A stretch of DNA of 64,000 bases from the NCBI RefSeq assembly GCF_009914755.1, contig NC_060930.1; one strand, 5' to 3'. The notes beneath the pieces were generated by a model, which was given only the letters and a program-made list of their open reading frames with translations, searched no databases and had not been told where the DNA came from. Each line of letters begins with the position of its first letter. The stretch's first letter is position 1. Of the stretch, positions 1 to 13,981 are shown piece after piece. The position numbers and the translations under genes were made by a program. This DNA is from the human T2T-CHM13v2.0 reference genome, Homo sapiens.

Positions 1-522
1 AACTTTTCAGATTTTCATGTCCCTTTTTCAGTAGTAAGTATATAGAAAATTTCCAATGCTGAAAACAAGTATAAATGCATGGCCTAACATACCTGAAAAT
101 GTTTGTCTATCCTAAAATGAAAATACGTTAGTTTCCCTCCAACCCCCACCCCAACCCCTGCCCTGCTTTGGAAATGCAGATTAAATCTTAAGCCTCGTTT
201 TCATGAAGCTCATGTGGATAAATTTATCTCGTGAATAAGTTCAGCAGCAAATCACAATATGATCTTATACAATGAACATTTAGAATAGTCACGTCACTAC
301 TTTAAGAGCTAATCAGGTATTCATAGCAAAAGTCCCTGAGAAAATTTAATTTACCTAAAAAAATTTGCTTCATTTGCTACACCTGAATGAGACAAAGTTC
401 AGCCTTTTCCCTTTGTAAATGTGTCCGAGGTCAGCCAGCCACAGCCTCGCTTTGTCAAGCATGGATTAAGCCACTAACTCCACACCCTTTGTTTTGTTTT
501 TCATACCCTCATCTGCTGACAG

Positions 523-705
523 ATACAGCTGCTAAACTGCAAGCTGTTAAGGACAAAGCCAGACAAGCCAACGACACAGCTAAAGATGTACTGGCACAGA
601 TTACAGAGCTCCACCAGAACCTCGATGGCCTGAAGAAGAATTACAATAAACTAGCAGACAGCGTCGCCAAAACGAATGCTGTGGTTAAAGATCCTTCCAA
701 GAACA
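523..705 (+). CDS. LAMA2: LAMA2 exon 43 (183 nt, phase 1-1), coiled coil: DTAAKLQAV...VVKDPSKN
   Basis: acceptor tgacag|AT, donor AACA|gtaaga; inside ORF 387..776. Confidence 0.97.
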
Positions 706-1403
706 GTAAGATCTCCTTTTTCATTGTGATGATGTCATTTATTTCCTCTCACTGTAAAAGTATCCCAGACCTGTAAATGCTCGAGTTGGAAAGACCCTCA
801 TGGTGGTGTAGTCTGCCTTCCTTCTTTCATAGATTGGCCTCAGAAATTGAGTGTCATGCAGTTCCAAAGCTAGAATCCAAGTCTTCTAGCTCTGCCCCGG
901 TGCTTTTTTCCTCTGAAATTTTTCCAGTTGAGAAGAGATTAGGAATTCTCAAGGTGTGCCTAACATTCAGCAGAGAGATGCAAAACACTTTTTAATCCGT
1001 GTGTGTAATTAAAAACACAGTTGTACTTGGGTAATTATATCCTCAGAACTGGCGAAGTGTCATGGAACATAGAGGTTAAGGGGCACGTTCATGAACAGAC
1101 TTGTTAGAACAGGATATGAAAATGATATCAACTTGAAATGCATTAAAATTTGAAAATCTTGATATTTTATTATTTAGATTCCAGTTACATCACATTTCTG
1201 GGAAATAAAAATAAAGCATTTATCTAGTTTCTAAAGACTATTCACATCTCTTATATATTATATAAAATTATATTGACTTAAGGATTTACTGAGAAAACCT
1301 GAGAGAAAATATCATAACTTATATTATTAGTTAAATATAGTCAAAATATTAAGATTTTAAAATGCATTTTTCCTTTTCCGTCAAATGATACAAGGCTATA
1401 TTG

Positions 1404-1767
<364 letters not shown>

Positions 1768-2229
1768 TCACTTTCAAGAGACTAGCCCTCTTTATATGCC
1801 AACATTTTTGGGGGGGTATCAAAATATTTGGAGTATAAAAACAAAAGCACTGTAATTGGTATTATATGCCATAAAATTCAAATGCTGTTTGAGTGGGGAA
1901 TGGAGCCTGATTTCAGCATCCTAGCCTCAAATCAAATCCTATGGATGCTATGATATAATAGACATTATTAATACGACTCCTTCATGAGCAAGGAAGAGTA
2001 CAAACACATATAACATAAACTTCAGAGCCAGGGTGAAAAAGGGGAGATAAAAACATTTTTTAAAATTTTTTAATGTAAGCCCAGAAATGGCTTCTCTTGT
2101 AGCTCAAAGTTTACATAATAACTTCTTATGATTTATGCCAAATCACAATATTCCCACTAAAAATGAATGAAAACAAAATTTTAATCAAATATTACTATCT
2201 CTGCTGCTTACTTCATAATTTAAGATATA

Positions 2230-2400
2230 TTTTTAACTTTTATTTTAAGTTCAGGCGTATAAGTGCAGGTTTGTTACATAGGTAAACCTGTGTCATGGGG
2301 GTTTGTTTTATGAATTATTTATTTCATCACGCATGTATTAAGCCTAGTACCCATTAGTTATTTTTCCTGACCCTCTCCCTCCTCCTGCTCTCCACCCTCC
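2230..2400 (-). mobile_element. L1PA-type 3' end fragment
   Basis: TTTTATTTTAAGTTCAGG...GTGCAGGTTTGTTACATAGGTAAAC matches the reverse complement of a primate L1 3' UTR end. Confidence 0.85.
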
Positions 2401-2769
2401 AAAAGAATTCCATTCTATTTTAGATTGATTCTCAACTGGTAGTGGCCTTTTGTCATATCTCTGTTTTAATCCTATCCTCTATTATGAGAAATAGTTAATT
2501 ATCTATAAATATTAATTAAATTGGGTCTGTTTTCTATCTTACTAAAACATAGAAATAATTTTTAAAATACAAATAGTGGCCACTAAATTATATATTTTGT
2601 GTACTTTTATTTGATAACAATTGCTTCAGTTAAAATGGGGTGCATTTATAATTAGTACCTGTTATGAAAAATACCATTTTTAGTCACTACTTTATAATAT
2701 TTATAGAAAATACTTCCTCATGAATTTATAATTTTTTTTTGTTTTGCTTCCATGTGAAATTGCCTGCAG

Positions 2770-2775
2770 AAATCA
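2770..2775 (+). CDS. LAMA2: LAMA2 exon 44, 6-nt microexon AAATCA (adds KI: KN-KI-IAD)
   Basis: ctgcag|AAATCA|gtacgt after a T-rich tract; supplies exactly the residues needed to give KNKIIADAD between exons 43 and 45. Confidence 0.93.
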
Positions 2776-3008
2776 GTACGTATATGTTTACTTATATACC
2801 TTTTAGTAACGCTCATGCTTCATTGCCTATTGCAAAAAGTTTCAGCTTTGCATGTACTATATTTTGGTTTTGCTTTAAACATTGCGTAGCTATTCTTTCC
2901 ACTGTTACAGTATTAATGGTAGATGCGTAAAAGGAATCTTCCTTTATAAAAAGGTCATATGTGGATAAAGGTGATATAAAATGTTTTTAATAGTGTTATA
3001 AAAAGTTT

Positions 3009-3138
3009 GGTCAGGCGAAGTGGCTCATACTCTAACCCCAGAAATTTGGGAGGTCAAGGTGGGAGGATCACTTGAGGCCAGAAGTTTGAGATCAGCCTGG
3101 GAAACATAGCAAGACTCTATCTCTACAAAAAGGAAAAA
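3009..3138 (+). mobile_element. FLAM / Alu left monomer
   Basis: single Alu arm ending ATCTCTACAAAAA. Confidence 0.85.
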
Positions 3139-3439
3139 TGAGTGAAATATCTGTATGATAGCCACATAAAAGTGGAAAACTGAATTTCTCTATAGAATTA
3201 ACTAGATTATGCTGTTTCTGATAACACAAATTCACCCCAACACACGAATGACTTAATTGCAAGAGGATTAAAATAGATAAGGTCTACACTGTTGTTGTTT
3301 TTACCCACTGAAGCTCACTTTTTCCTCTCCTTGTAATTATTCTCAACTTCTGTAGAATTATATTTGGAGAAACACATAATAAAACTAGGTCTTAACAAAT
3401 GAGCAACTACTGGGATATCAAAATGTTCTCTCTTAAACA

Positions 3440-3850
3440 TCCCACAGTTTAAATTGAAAGTCAAGAAAAACTAAAAAAATAGCTACAAAAAATAATAACA
3501 AGAATAACAAAATTTAATATATCACTATTTGAAAAATATGACCAAGAGTGTCCTCAGCGGAAAATGAGAGCAACTACATTACTAAACCATCATTGAAATA
3601 ACAATTCTAAACAATCAACTTTGCTGACTTTAGAAAAAGCAGAGTTAACTTAAAGAATGAAAAAGATGGAAAAATTAATGAATTTGAAGACAGAAAATAT
3701 TAGACCTGATAAATCAAAAAGGTGACTCCTTAGGAATATAGATTAAAAATTAAGTGATTGTCAAGTTTCATCAAGAAAAATAAAGGACAAATAGGCAAAG
3801 CTCTAAAAGAGGTATCACTAGACAAGGGAGGAAATTTAACACATAAGAGA
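3440..3850 (+). mobile_element. Old L1 (L1M) ORF2-region remnant, approximate ends
   Basis: A-rich sequence with weak resemblance to L1 ORF2 (…AATGAATTTGAAGACAGAAAA…ATCAAGAAAAA). Confidence 0.45.
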
Positions 3851-5373
3851 TCACTTGGAAAAACTTCAACTGCTCCGGAGAATAGAGGAAAAAGAGGGGA
3901 GAAGAGGAACTTCCAAGTTCCATTTTGAAACATTTGGCAAAAACTTCTGAGAACTTGTGAATAAAAGGGTCTGTAATTTGCCTAAGTCTAAGTAGTCTTT
4001 AACTACTTTTGCTCTTTCTCATTAATCTAAATCTAAATCATTTTGCCTCAGTTTTAGAATAATTTGTAGAATGTCAGAATAACAATGGAGAATTAAAGGA
4101 AGGGAAAAATGAACAAACAGTTTATTAAAAGCATACAAAATAAAGGGATCACTGTGTTTATGCTATCTGTATGATGATATAACAAACATTTCTATCCAGA
4201 TAACATGCATTTCAGGAAGAAAATACTGCACTCAGTTCTTGATATAGCAAATCTATTAGTTAAATTTAATAATAGACCTATGTTCTTTTTAAATGCCGCT
4301 AACAGCATAAGTCATACTTATGAGTTCAAAATACCTACTTTAAAACCTAATTTTAAAAAAATGATAATTTACTTCCCTTTGAGCACATGTGATTCGTTCC
4401 TGAGGGTTAGTTCTCAGTGGTTGTATGTCAGCCGCAAAGCAGATCATTCAGAGTCTAACACAGCATGTAGCCTTGAACCTTAAGCAGTTTAACTTTTTCA
4501 TCAGAGTCACAGTGACAGAAAGTTGAACAATACACACTTAATCAGATAATAAATGACATAGTGTGGATGAGACTGCCAGCATCCCAGCAATAGAATAAGT
4601 GGTTTACCACGTGGCATAGGCCCTCCCTTGAAAAGCACATACTGAAAGTCTATGGATCAGTGATGACCTTCAACTATTTTAGGGTTGAAACTTTGAAATT
4701 GCCAATATGTAACCCTTTATTTTTTTTAACCTACAAAAACAGCTGTTTAATATAGGTCAACCTAATATGTAACACAGGGTAATCAACTATTCTTCAAAAT
4801 GAAATTGAACTGCACCATGAAAGATTTAATTAAATGTAGGCCTTTAGTCTAAGGGTTTTTCAACATCAAAATGTTCTTCAAAAGACATTTTGATAGCTTC
4901 TCTCTTTAAGATGTGCAAAAAAAGACGGTGAGAAAAAGAAAGAAAACCAATTTTGTGTAAAAACCCTGATTTAAATACAGTTCTGGCTTGGACAGACTAG
5001 GTGACATTTTAAAGATGCTTTCATTTCCTTGCTTCTGTGACTAAAGTTCTATTCTGTAAAGGTTAACTTTTTGGCTGAAGTTAGAAATTAAGCATTGAAT
5101 TAAGTTCTTCATATTCTCTACCTTCAATGCTAATTTTTACCTTAATCAAAAAGAAAAAGTGGTGGCCCTCTGTCCTAACATCTACTCCCCTGGCCTGCTT
5201 GAGTCTCAACTAAAATATTGACATTTGCCATCACACATTTTGCTTTAGCTGTTATGGCCATGCTTTGTCACATTAATAAGATGAAATTGTTTGGTTAAGC
5301 ATACTGCTATTCTAATTCTGTGTGTGCACGTGTGTGCATGCATATACATGCACACTAATTTTGTTCTATGCAG

Positions 5374-5528
5374 TTGCCGATGCAGATGCCACTGTCAAAA
5401 ATTTAGAACAGGAAGCTGACCGGCTAATAGATAAACTCAAACCCATCAAGGAACTTGAGGATAACCTAAAGAAAAACATCTCTGAGATAAAGGAATTGAT
5501 AAACCAAGCTCGGAAACAAGCCAATTCT
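5374..5528 (+). CDS. LAMA2: LAMA2 exon 45 (155 nt): IADADATVKNLEQE...RKQANS
   Basis: atgcag|TTG ... TCT|gtaagt; ORF 5322..5558. Confidence 0.97.
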
Positions 5529-6196
5529 GTAAGTTCTTTTTATCGTCAGTATCAGTAACTGATTGTAATTGTTGGATTATTCATAGAGGGAATGTCTTTC
5601 CCCAGGATTCCCCGTTGAATGATCTTGGGTCCTTTTCCTTTAACTCGAAGCGATTTGGGGTAGGAGGGGTTGGAGTGGGGGAGAGGTTAGTTTTGTTTTG
5701 TTTGTAAATTTCAAAAGACATTTCATGAGAATGATAATCACCACTTATTGTTTTAAAACTGGGAATTCTGGTATATTCTATTACTATTTGCATAGAATAA
5801 TACAAATAGCAAGAAAGAAAACCTTATTATTGTATACTAAAAAGCCATGGATGAGAGTACCTTCCTCTTGCTAAAAACAAACCAAAAAAAAAGGCCAACT
5901 AATGGGGTTATGGCAGGAATGAAGGAACAATATACAGAATAAGAGCAAAGAGAAACAAACATTTTACATATATATTCTTTTGTCTGGTATAAACAACAAT
6001 AAAAATGGCTTTGGTTATACTTTTTACATTTATTTTTTGTTTTGGAGTAGATAGGAAATAGCTGATTTGTCTCAAAATTTTGCTCTTTACTTACCCAATT
6101 AGAAGTTTACTAGGATAGAAACAGAGCTTTCTAGAAGGTAGCATGCTAATGAGCCAGGGCAGAGTTGCTAAGTGGCAACGTGAAACTTTAGTCAAA

Positions 6197-6310
6197 GGAA
6201 GGAAGTAAGGGAAGGGGAGGAGAGGGGAGGGGAGGGGAGGGGAGGCGAGGGGAGGGGAGGGGAGGGGAGGGGAGGCGAGGGGAGGGGTGGTAGAAAGAAA
6301 GAAGGAAGGG
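6197..6310. repeat. (GGAGG)n purine-rich simple repeat
   Basis: about 15 GGGGA pentamers with two GGCGA variants 30 nt apart, flanked by GGAA/GAAA. Confidence 0.95.
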
Positions 6311-7712
6311 CAGTTTTCTTGTTTGAACAAGAAAGGCTTGAACTCAAACCTTTTTAGATACCTCAGTTTTCCATGTCAAAAATTCTGTTTTTTGAACAAC
6401 TTTGGAACTAGGATGATCAGAAAAGCCCTTTCTTAGTTCATCAGTTTATATTTTTAGTAGTATTTAAGAATACGATGCTCCAGTAACAGCATATTCTTTT
6501 TCCTCCTTATTCACATCTAACACTTCTAAACAACTCCAAGACAGTAAGTTCAAGGTGAACATTGAAAAGGAATTCACGACTGACTGAAAAAAAACCTAGA
6601 AAACAACAAAAAGATTAGTGAAGATGATGTTACATAAGATCAGAGTAGTAAATCAGTGAAAAGATCTGAGAAAACATATATTCAGCTAGAATATGAAAGC
6701 CAGGCAGTATCGTTGACATGTGATCATTATGTATGTAAAGCACAAGATTAAAAGAAACCAGATGTTACTTCAAGGTTTGAAGTTTTATGTAAGATTTAGC
6801 CAACATGGAAAAAGCCTCTACTATGTTCAGTGTTACTTTCCGTAAGGTACACAAAGACGAATAAAGGAGTTCTTTCACTCACAAAGTTTATAAAATAGTA
6901 GGGAAAATAAAATATGTACACGTACCTTGTCACACAATGCAGAATGTTATGCCACATTATAGAAGCCGTGAGAAGTGACATAAAAGTTCTAGAAAGAACA
7001 ATCACCTCTAGTAGGGCCTGAAGATTTCCTGAAGGGAAGGATTTCAGCCAGGCATTGAGGTGGGATAGTGCTGGGGAGTTGGGGGTGGAGTCAGGTAACA
7101 GGGAGAGTATTCTGAGAAGAGGGAATGACTTAAACCAAGGCAGTGGGAGAAGGAAGTTTTAGGGTCCATTTAGGAAAAAGAAGTCCAGTTTGCCCAGAGT
7201 AATTGATAAAGGAAACACATAACCAGAAAGATCAACAGAGGCCAGGTCTCGTCAGGCCTTCAATAATCAGTTAAGCAATTTCATTTAACAACACTGGTAC
7301 TTGGGATAAGCCTCACTGGTTAGGATAAGCTGAAAGCTTTGAGCATGGAACACAGTATAATCAGAGCTGTGCTTTTTAAATATAAATCCAGAAGCAGTGT
7401 ATGGGGTAGATGAAAGAAAGAAGAATGAAGGACCCAACTATAGCTGTGGCAAGAGAAAAGAAGAACGTGATGTACCACTCCTATATTTTGCAATGTTAAC
7501 TTGGAAGAAGCAATAAGAGTAAATATTATTTTGTGAATCTCACATTTAGCCACATTTTCTGACTTAGTCATCAAGTGGAGAAATCTAGACATTTTTATTA
7601 TTTCTTCATTGTAAAGATTTCTGAGTGCTTTTCCCCTCCTCACAAAACGGTGAAATTCAGACATGTAAGCATATAAAACCTGTCTTAAAGTACAAAATAA
7701 AAGAAAAGTATA

Positions 7713-8020
7713 GGCTGGGCATGGTGGCTCAAGCCTGTCATCCCAACACTTTGGGAGGCTGAGGCAGGCAGATTGCATGAACTCAGGAGTTTGAGACCAG
7801 CCTGGGCCATGTCACAAAACCACATCTCTACAAAAAATTGAAAAATTACCTGGGCATGGTACATGCCTATAGTCCCAGCTACTTGGGGAGATGAGGTGGG
7901 AGGATCACTTGCTCCGGAGGATGAGGCTGCAGTGAGCCATGTTTGCACCATGGCACTCCAGCCTGGGTGGCAAATAGAAACCCTGTCCCCCCCCAAAAAA
8001 AAAGAGAAGAAAAAAAGAAA
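7713..8020 (+). mobile_element. Alu, AluJ-like
   Basis: full dimer GGCTGGGCATGGTGGCTC... with A tail. Confidence 0.92.
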
Positions 8021-8605
8021 GGTACAAAAGTAACGTTAAGAAAAAGTAATCATTGTCCATGCATTTCAAAGAAATTCCCAATCAGTTTTGGAAATGGAAT
8101 TACAACACAATGCCTTATTTTTTGTAAGACGTTAGAAATATGCAAGTAGCCAATTTTTTTCCAAATGAGTTTTGTACTAAATGAATATTACATTTTCTGA
8201 TTTGTAAATATGGATATCTGGATATGACCTTAACACATACTTGACATGACCAAAACATTAAAGACATTTATTTTAAAGTAGCTTTCTCTGGGTTTGTTGA
8301 TTCTGAAATTGAGTGGCTGATACTCCTTTAAATGAATGACCTACTTACTGGATGAAAAATGCAGTGAAAATCCAATAGATATAATAATGGGATACTCAAT
8401 AATGTTTGAGTTCATCATGATTAACTGGTAAATAATGTTGCAGTATTGAAATGCCTTAAAGATACTTAATGCTTAGTGATTTTTCTTTAGATGTCTTACT
8501 AAGGATCTGCATTAGAAATAACAATAATTGATAGAGCCAAACATTCTAAAAGGATGTTTGAATTTCAGAAATTTCTTTCCTCTTACAAGAGTGACATATC
8601 CTAAA

Positions 8606-8710
8606 GATTTCTTCTAGAGATACAGTATTTTGATTTACCTGATTTCTTCTAGAGATATAGTATTTTGATTTACCTGATTTCTTCTAGAGATACAGTATTT
8701 TGATTTACCT
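8606..8710. repeat. 35-bp tandem repeat, 3 copies
   Basis: GATTTCTTCTAGAGATACAGTATTTTGATTTACCT at 8606, 8641 (one C>T) and 8676. Confidence 0.97.
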
Positions 8711-8920
8711 GTTTTAAGTTGTTTAAAAGAAATACCTATAACTGAAAATCAAAACAGAAAGTATTCAAAAGGAAAAGACTACTGATTATGTACTGGCTGT
8801 CAACAGTTTGGGCTAAGTGAATGTTTCAGTTTCTGAGAGTATATTCAAAACCAGAAAACAGAAAGCAGGTAATCCAAGAGTATTTTCTATATGAATGTGT
8901 GAGAGCTGGGCAATAGATTA

Positions 8921-9300
8921 CTGTCTAGTCCACTTCATGCTGCTGTGACAGAGTATTACAGACTGGGTAATTTATAAAGAAAATAAATTTATTCTCACAG
9001 TTCTGGAGACTGGGAAGTCCAAGATCAAGATGCTGGCAGGTTAGGGACCTGTTTTTATGCTTCCAAGATGGCACTTTGAATGCTCAGGAGAGGAGGAACA
9101 TTGTGCCCTCACATGGCAGAAGAGCAAGAGAGAGAGAGCTCTCAACCCTGTAAGCCTTTTTAATAGTGGCATCAATTCATTCATGAGGACAGAGCCCTCA
9201 TGACCGAAACACTTCCCAAAAGGCCCCCCTCCCAACACTGTTGCACTGAGGATTAAATTTCAAGCAAATGAATTTTGTTGGACACATTCAAGCCATAGCA
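8921..9300 (-). mobile_element. MaLR solo LTR (MLT1A/MST-like)
   Basis: CTGGGTAATTTATAAAG...TCTCACAGTTCTGGAGACTGGGAAGTCCAAGATCAAG...CATTCAAGCCATAGCA. Confidence 0.85.
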
Positions 9301-9483
9301 GTTACTCTGTAGGATTAATTGCCGGCATATTGGGTATAACAACATCATTTTGCTTCAAGAATCATATTTGTTAGATATGTATTCTATACAATAGATTGGT
9401 TGTAACCTCTAGTGACATTAGATACTCAGTTTTAAAATGGCTTCTCTCTTAGACTTGGAGTTCTCAGAGCAGTTAGATTTTAG

Positions 9484-9810
<327 letters not shown>

Positions 9811-9963
9811 CTGTCTGTTACACTTTGGCAACCCCCTTTTCAACACACTAATCATGGAATCCCGTTTTTTTTTTTTTACCAGGCTTACCTAAGCAATGAC
9901 TGAAATTCATTCTGTGACCAAATGATCACATATTACATTTATATTGAGTCATCTCTTCTCTAA

Positions 9964-10312
<349 letters not shown>

Positions 10313-12679
10313 TCAACTGTGTTTTTTAAACAAAACTGATTTATTAGGAATTAAACTAGCCATAATACAGCCATAGGGCCAAGCTATAAAGCATTTATTA
10401 AATAAAAATGAAGTAAACTACATACAGTCGCTTTGACTACTAATTCAGCCCCATTCAGAATTGGATATGATTGTCTGCCAGGGATAACGCACTATGCTAT
10501 TCAGTTCTACTCATGAATTCCAGTCAGATCTTGATTTCTTGTTCACTTTGATCCTCTTATGATGTCAATGGTACGTATAGCCTGCCTCAGATATTAAATT
10601 TTCTCAATGCCAAGGTCTTCTCTGATAATGATTTTGGTTCACTTTCAGCAGCTTGCTAAAAAATCACTATATCTGACACCCTTTCCTGAACATTAAAAAT
10701 ATCTGAAGACCATATTTTTCCCACCTGCCCTCTACTGTGCTGTCTTTCTCTTGCTTCTCTCTTTTTATCTCTAATCCCTTGGATGACCCTTGGTATAGCT
10801 GCCATTGTATCACAGAACACCCTTTGCCAAGTCCCATTGCTCATCTGCTTTGCCATATTAACATCCAAGTAAAAATTGTACATTTCCTACCTCCATTGTT
10901 TTGCAATTCATTTTCACTCACCTACTCTCAACACTGTATGTAGAAGGGAAATTCCATGATTTGTGAAGCAGGAACTAACTTCCCAACTGAAAACCACCCT
11001 ATCCAGAAGACTGTCTCCCTAGGACACAGAACAAACACTCTGAGGACCATAGTTGGCCCTGAGTCCTGCACCCAGCAGTTGGCAGGCTGGCCCCACCTTT
11101 TTGGGGAAGGCAAGAATAAGAAAGTGGTTTAAGCAGTAGGCTTCCTGGAATGTCCAGCCCCAGGCCACCACACTCAGGCCTCCAGCAGTCACCCTCCTCT
11201 GGGTGGTGGAGGAAACAGCCCCTGTTTCTCTCCAGAACACAGTGTCCTCTTCATGGAGATACAATTTGATTAGCAGATCAGGTGAGGCAACAACAATAAA
11301 CAAATAAATGACTTATGCGGTCTGTGGGAGACGTAACAGATCTTCTGTATCCCCAGAAGGTCTCAAATCTATATGAATTTACCTATTGCAAAAATCCCTC
11401 TTTAGCCTTCTCTTTTGAATCCAACCAATTTGGCACCCAACCTTTGCAGTATACTTGCATGACCCTTGGAGAAGGGCCACAGTTCTGCCCATACTCAAAC
11501 ACAAATGAGGCTCTTGGAGACACCTCCTGGTGTCATGATCATATGGAGGCTGTTTTGGTTTCTAGGCTATCTTGTTGGGAGTCTGCACAGCCCTTTCATG
11601 GAGGTAATGATGATGCTAGTTGGTTTTCTTCCAAATGTGCAAATTACATGAGTAGCACAAAATGCTAGAAGAAATGAAAAAATGGAAATTCACTGCTAGT
11701 GAAGGCCAAGAGGGCATTTGAACAAATGGCAAAGAGAGATTTTACATCTTCCCCTCTCTCTGCCTCCTTCTGGAGCGCTATCAATGAACAAAGTTACAGA
11801 TTCTCTCTGAGTCCAAGCAACTATTTTGCTATCCTGAAAGTAACCCTTTGATGGTGATTTTCCATCTGACCCTACAGAAATTAAATCAAATAATCAACTA
11901 GTGTTATTTATGATTGAAGGAAGGCTCTCTAAATATAAGTAAAAATTGGTATGAACAGTATTACTCTATTCATATAGGCATTCCTTTTTTAGCAATTTAT
12001 AGTAATTTTTAAGGTATTATTCAAAAGAAAAGGGAGCTGTTAAATACATTAGTAGTGATAGCCATTGGAAATTATTTCCATTTCATTTCCTGACAACTTC
12101 ATGAAAAGGTACAATTTATTCTGAAATGTATGTTCTGAGTAGAATGATTAATATTCTTCTTATTGTTAGAACATCTAGAACAAAATCTATTTGTCCTCTT
12201 TCAACTGTAAGAGTATAGGAGGGTTGGTAATTTCCTCTTGAAAACTAAAAGAAAAATAGTTTCTTAGTTTAAGTGATACCAAAACCGCTGAAATTTCAAT
12301 TGTAAAATTTCATTAAACAACCTTAATGAAGATCATTCTCATTAGCTCCATGTAAAATCACCTGCCTAAAACGTTCCCATATTGATAATGGAGAAATGTA
12401 TGACGTTAGAAGTTTGTTAGTTGCATGCTTCAAAAAATAGTATGCTAACAAGACATGGAACTGTGAACAGCTCATAGTCAAAATTCTAGTGGAAAACTGC
12501 TCTTCTGTGCCCTCATTAATGAGTATAATGGTGTCTGCATATGGGTGTTTAATGATAGTATTTGATGATAGAAAATAACTTCAAAGAAGAAACGATGATG
12601 GCTTTGTGGTTGTATGGAAGCTACTTCAAACTTTCTGAGAGATTTACTCTTGGTTCTTTGTATCTTGTTTTTTTTAAAG

Positions 12680-12823
12680 ATCAAAGTATCTGTGTCTTCA
12701 GGAGGTGACTGCATTCGAACATACAAACCAGAAATCAAGAAAGGAAGTTACAATAATATTGTTGTCAACGTAAAGACAGCTGTTGCTGATAACCTCCTCT
12801 TTTATCTTGGAAGTGCCAAATTT
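12680..12823 (+). CDS. LAMA2: LAMA2 exon 46 (144 nt), start of LG1: IKVSVSSGGDC...GSAKF
   Basis: ttaaag|ATC ... TTT|gtaagt; ORF 12614..12880. Confidence 0.97.
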
Positions 12824-13847
12824 GTAAGTCTAATATTCAACTTTTCATTAGGCTGCTGTATGTGTATAGCTAGAGGTTAATCTGAAAATGTATAGAATCC
12901 CCAAATGTATATGGTCCCCAAATGGTCTAACGTAGGCTTTCAGATTTGAAAACCTCAACGTCTTACCTTACAAAATTCTGAAGAGTCAAATTAAGTTAGA
13001 AGGCAAATGAAAGGAAGAAAACTACAGTGTTTAGTCACATTTACTTTCATTTGTCAGTATACCATCATTTCTGTTAAATTATACTTTCAGATCCAGTGAT
13101 TTAAGAATGCTAATGAGAATAAAGCTATTTTATTTACTTCTTATTTATTTATCTTATTTACTGTTCAAACTAAATTACAATAAACTCTTCCGTTAATGAA
13201 ATGAAAATAGCAAAGTGTGTACTATTTTTTTTACCAATGGAAACTCTTCTAACTTGTGTTGAATTTATGACCTGAACTGAAATAACACAGATTATATCTA
13301 CAAAAGCCCACCCATAAAGTTCTAATTTCTTCCATTTGAACTATTTGACTTTGCATGCATGGGGATTTTCCAAAATGAATATGACTTCTTAACAAATCAT
13401 TCATGGCATAAGTCAATATTTGCCATTTGGGTAAGGAATTCTGGGTCAATTTGGGAAATAAAATCATAGCTGCCCCCTCAAAAATGTCAGTGTCCTTGGT
13501 GAAAATAATAATGGATTCTGAATTTAAATATTTGTTTTTATCTTTACCACAAGTATCAGAGTGAGAAAGGCTTTGGTCTCAAAATTAGACTTAATTTGAA
13601 TTGGTAAAATTAACAAACATGCCTGAGCATTATGGACTTTTTTTTTTTTTTGCTTTAAGGATATAAAAATAAAATATTATTTTAATAATGTATAATAATA
13701 AATAATATTATTTGACAAGTATTATCATGAAGCTCCTAATCATTTCACATGTCTGCAAATGGCGCTTATTGAAAAACACTCTGCTGGTCTCCTCTTTAAA
13801 GGTGCTTTATATCTGATATCTCTTGTTTTTGTATTTCTCTGAACTAG

Positions 13848-13981
13848 ATTGACTTTCTGGCTATAGAAATGCGTAAAGGCAAAGTCAGCTTCCTCTGGGA
13901 TGTTGGATCTGGAGTTGGACGTGTAGAGTACCCAGATTTGACTATTGATGACTCATATTGGTACCGTATCGTAGCATCAAG
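13848..13981 (+). CDS. LAMA2: LAMA2 exon 47 (134 nt): IDFLAIEMRKGKV...YRIVASR
   Basis: aactag|ATT ... TCAAG|gtaacc; translated manually, absent from the ORF track. Confidence 0.96.

Noticed and set aside
6091-6330. Proline-rich 79-aa minus-strand ORF (SPPLP repeats)
   Set aside because: Translation of the (CCTCC)n simple repeat
8606-8710. Regular 35-bp repeats resembling a CRISPR array
   Set aside because: Head-to-tail with no spacers, in a human intron
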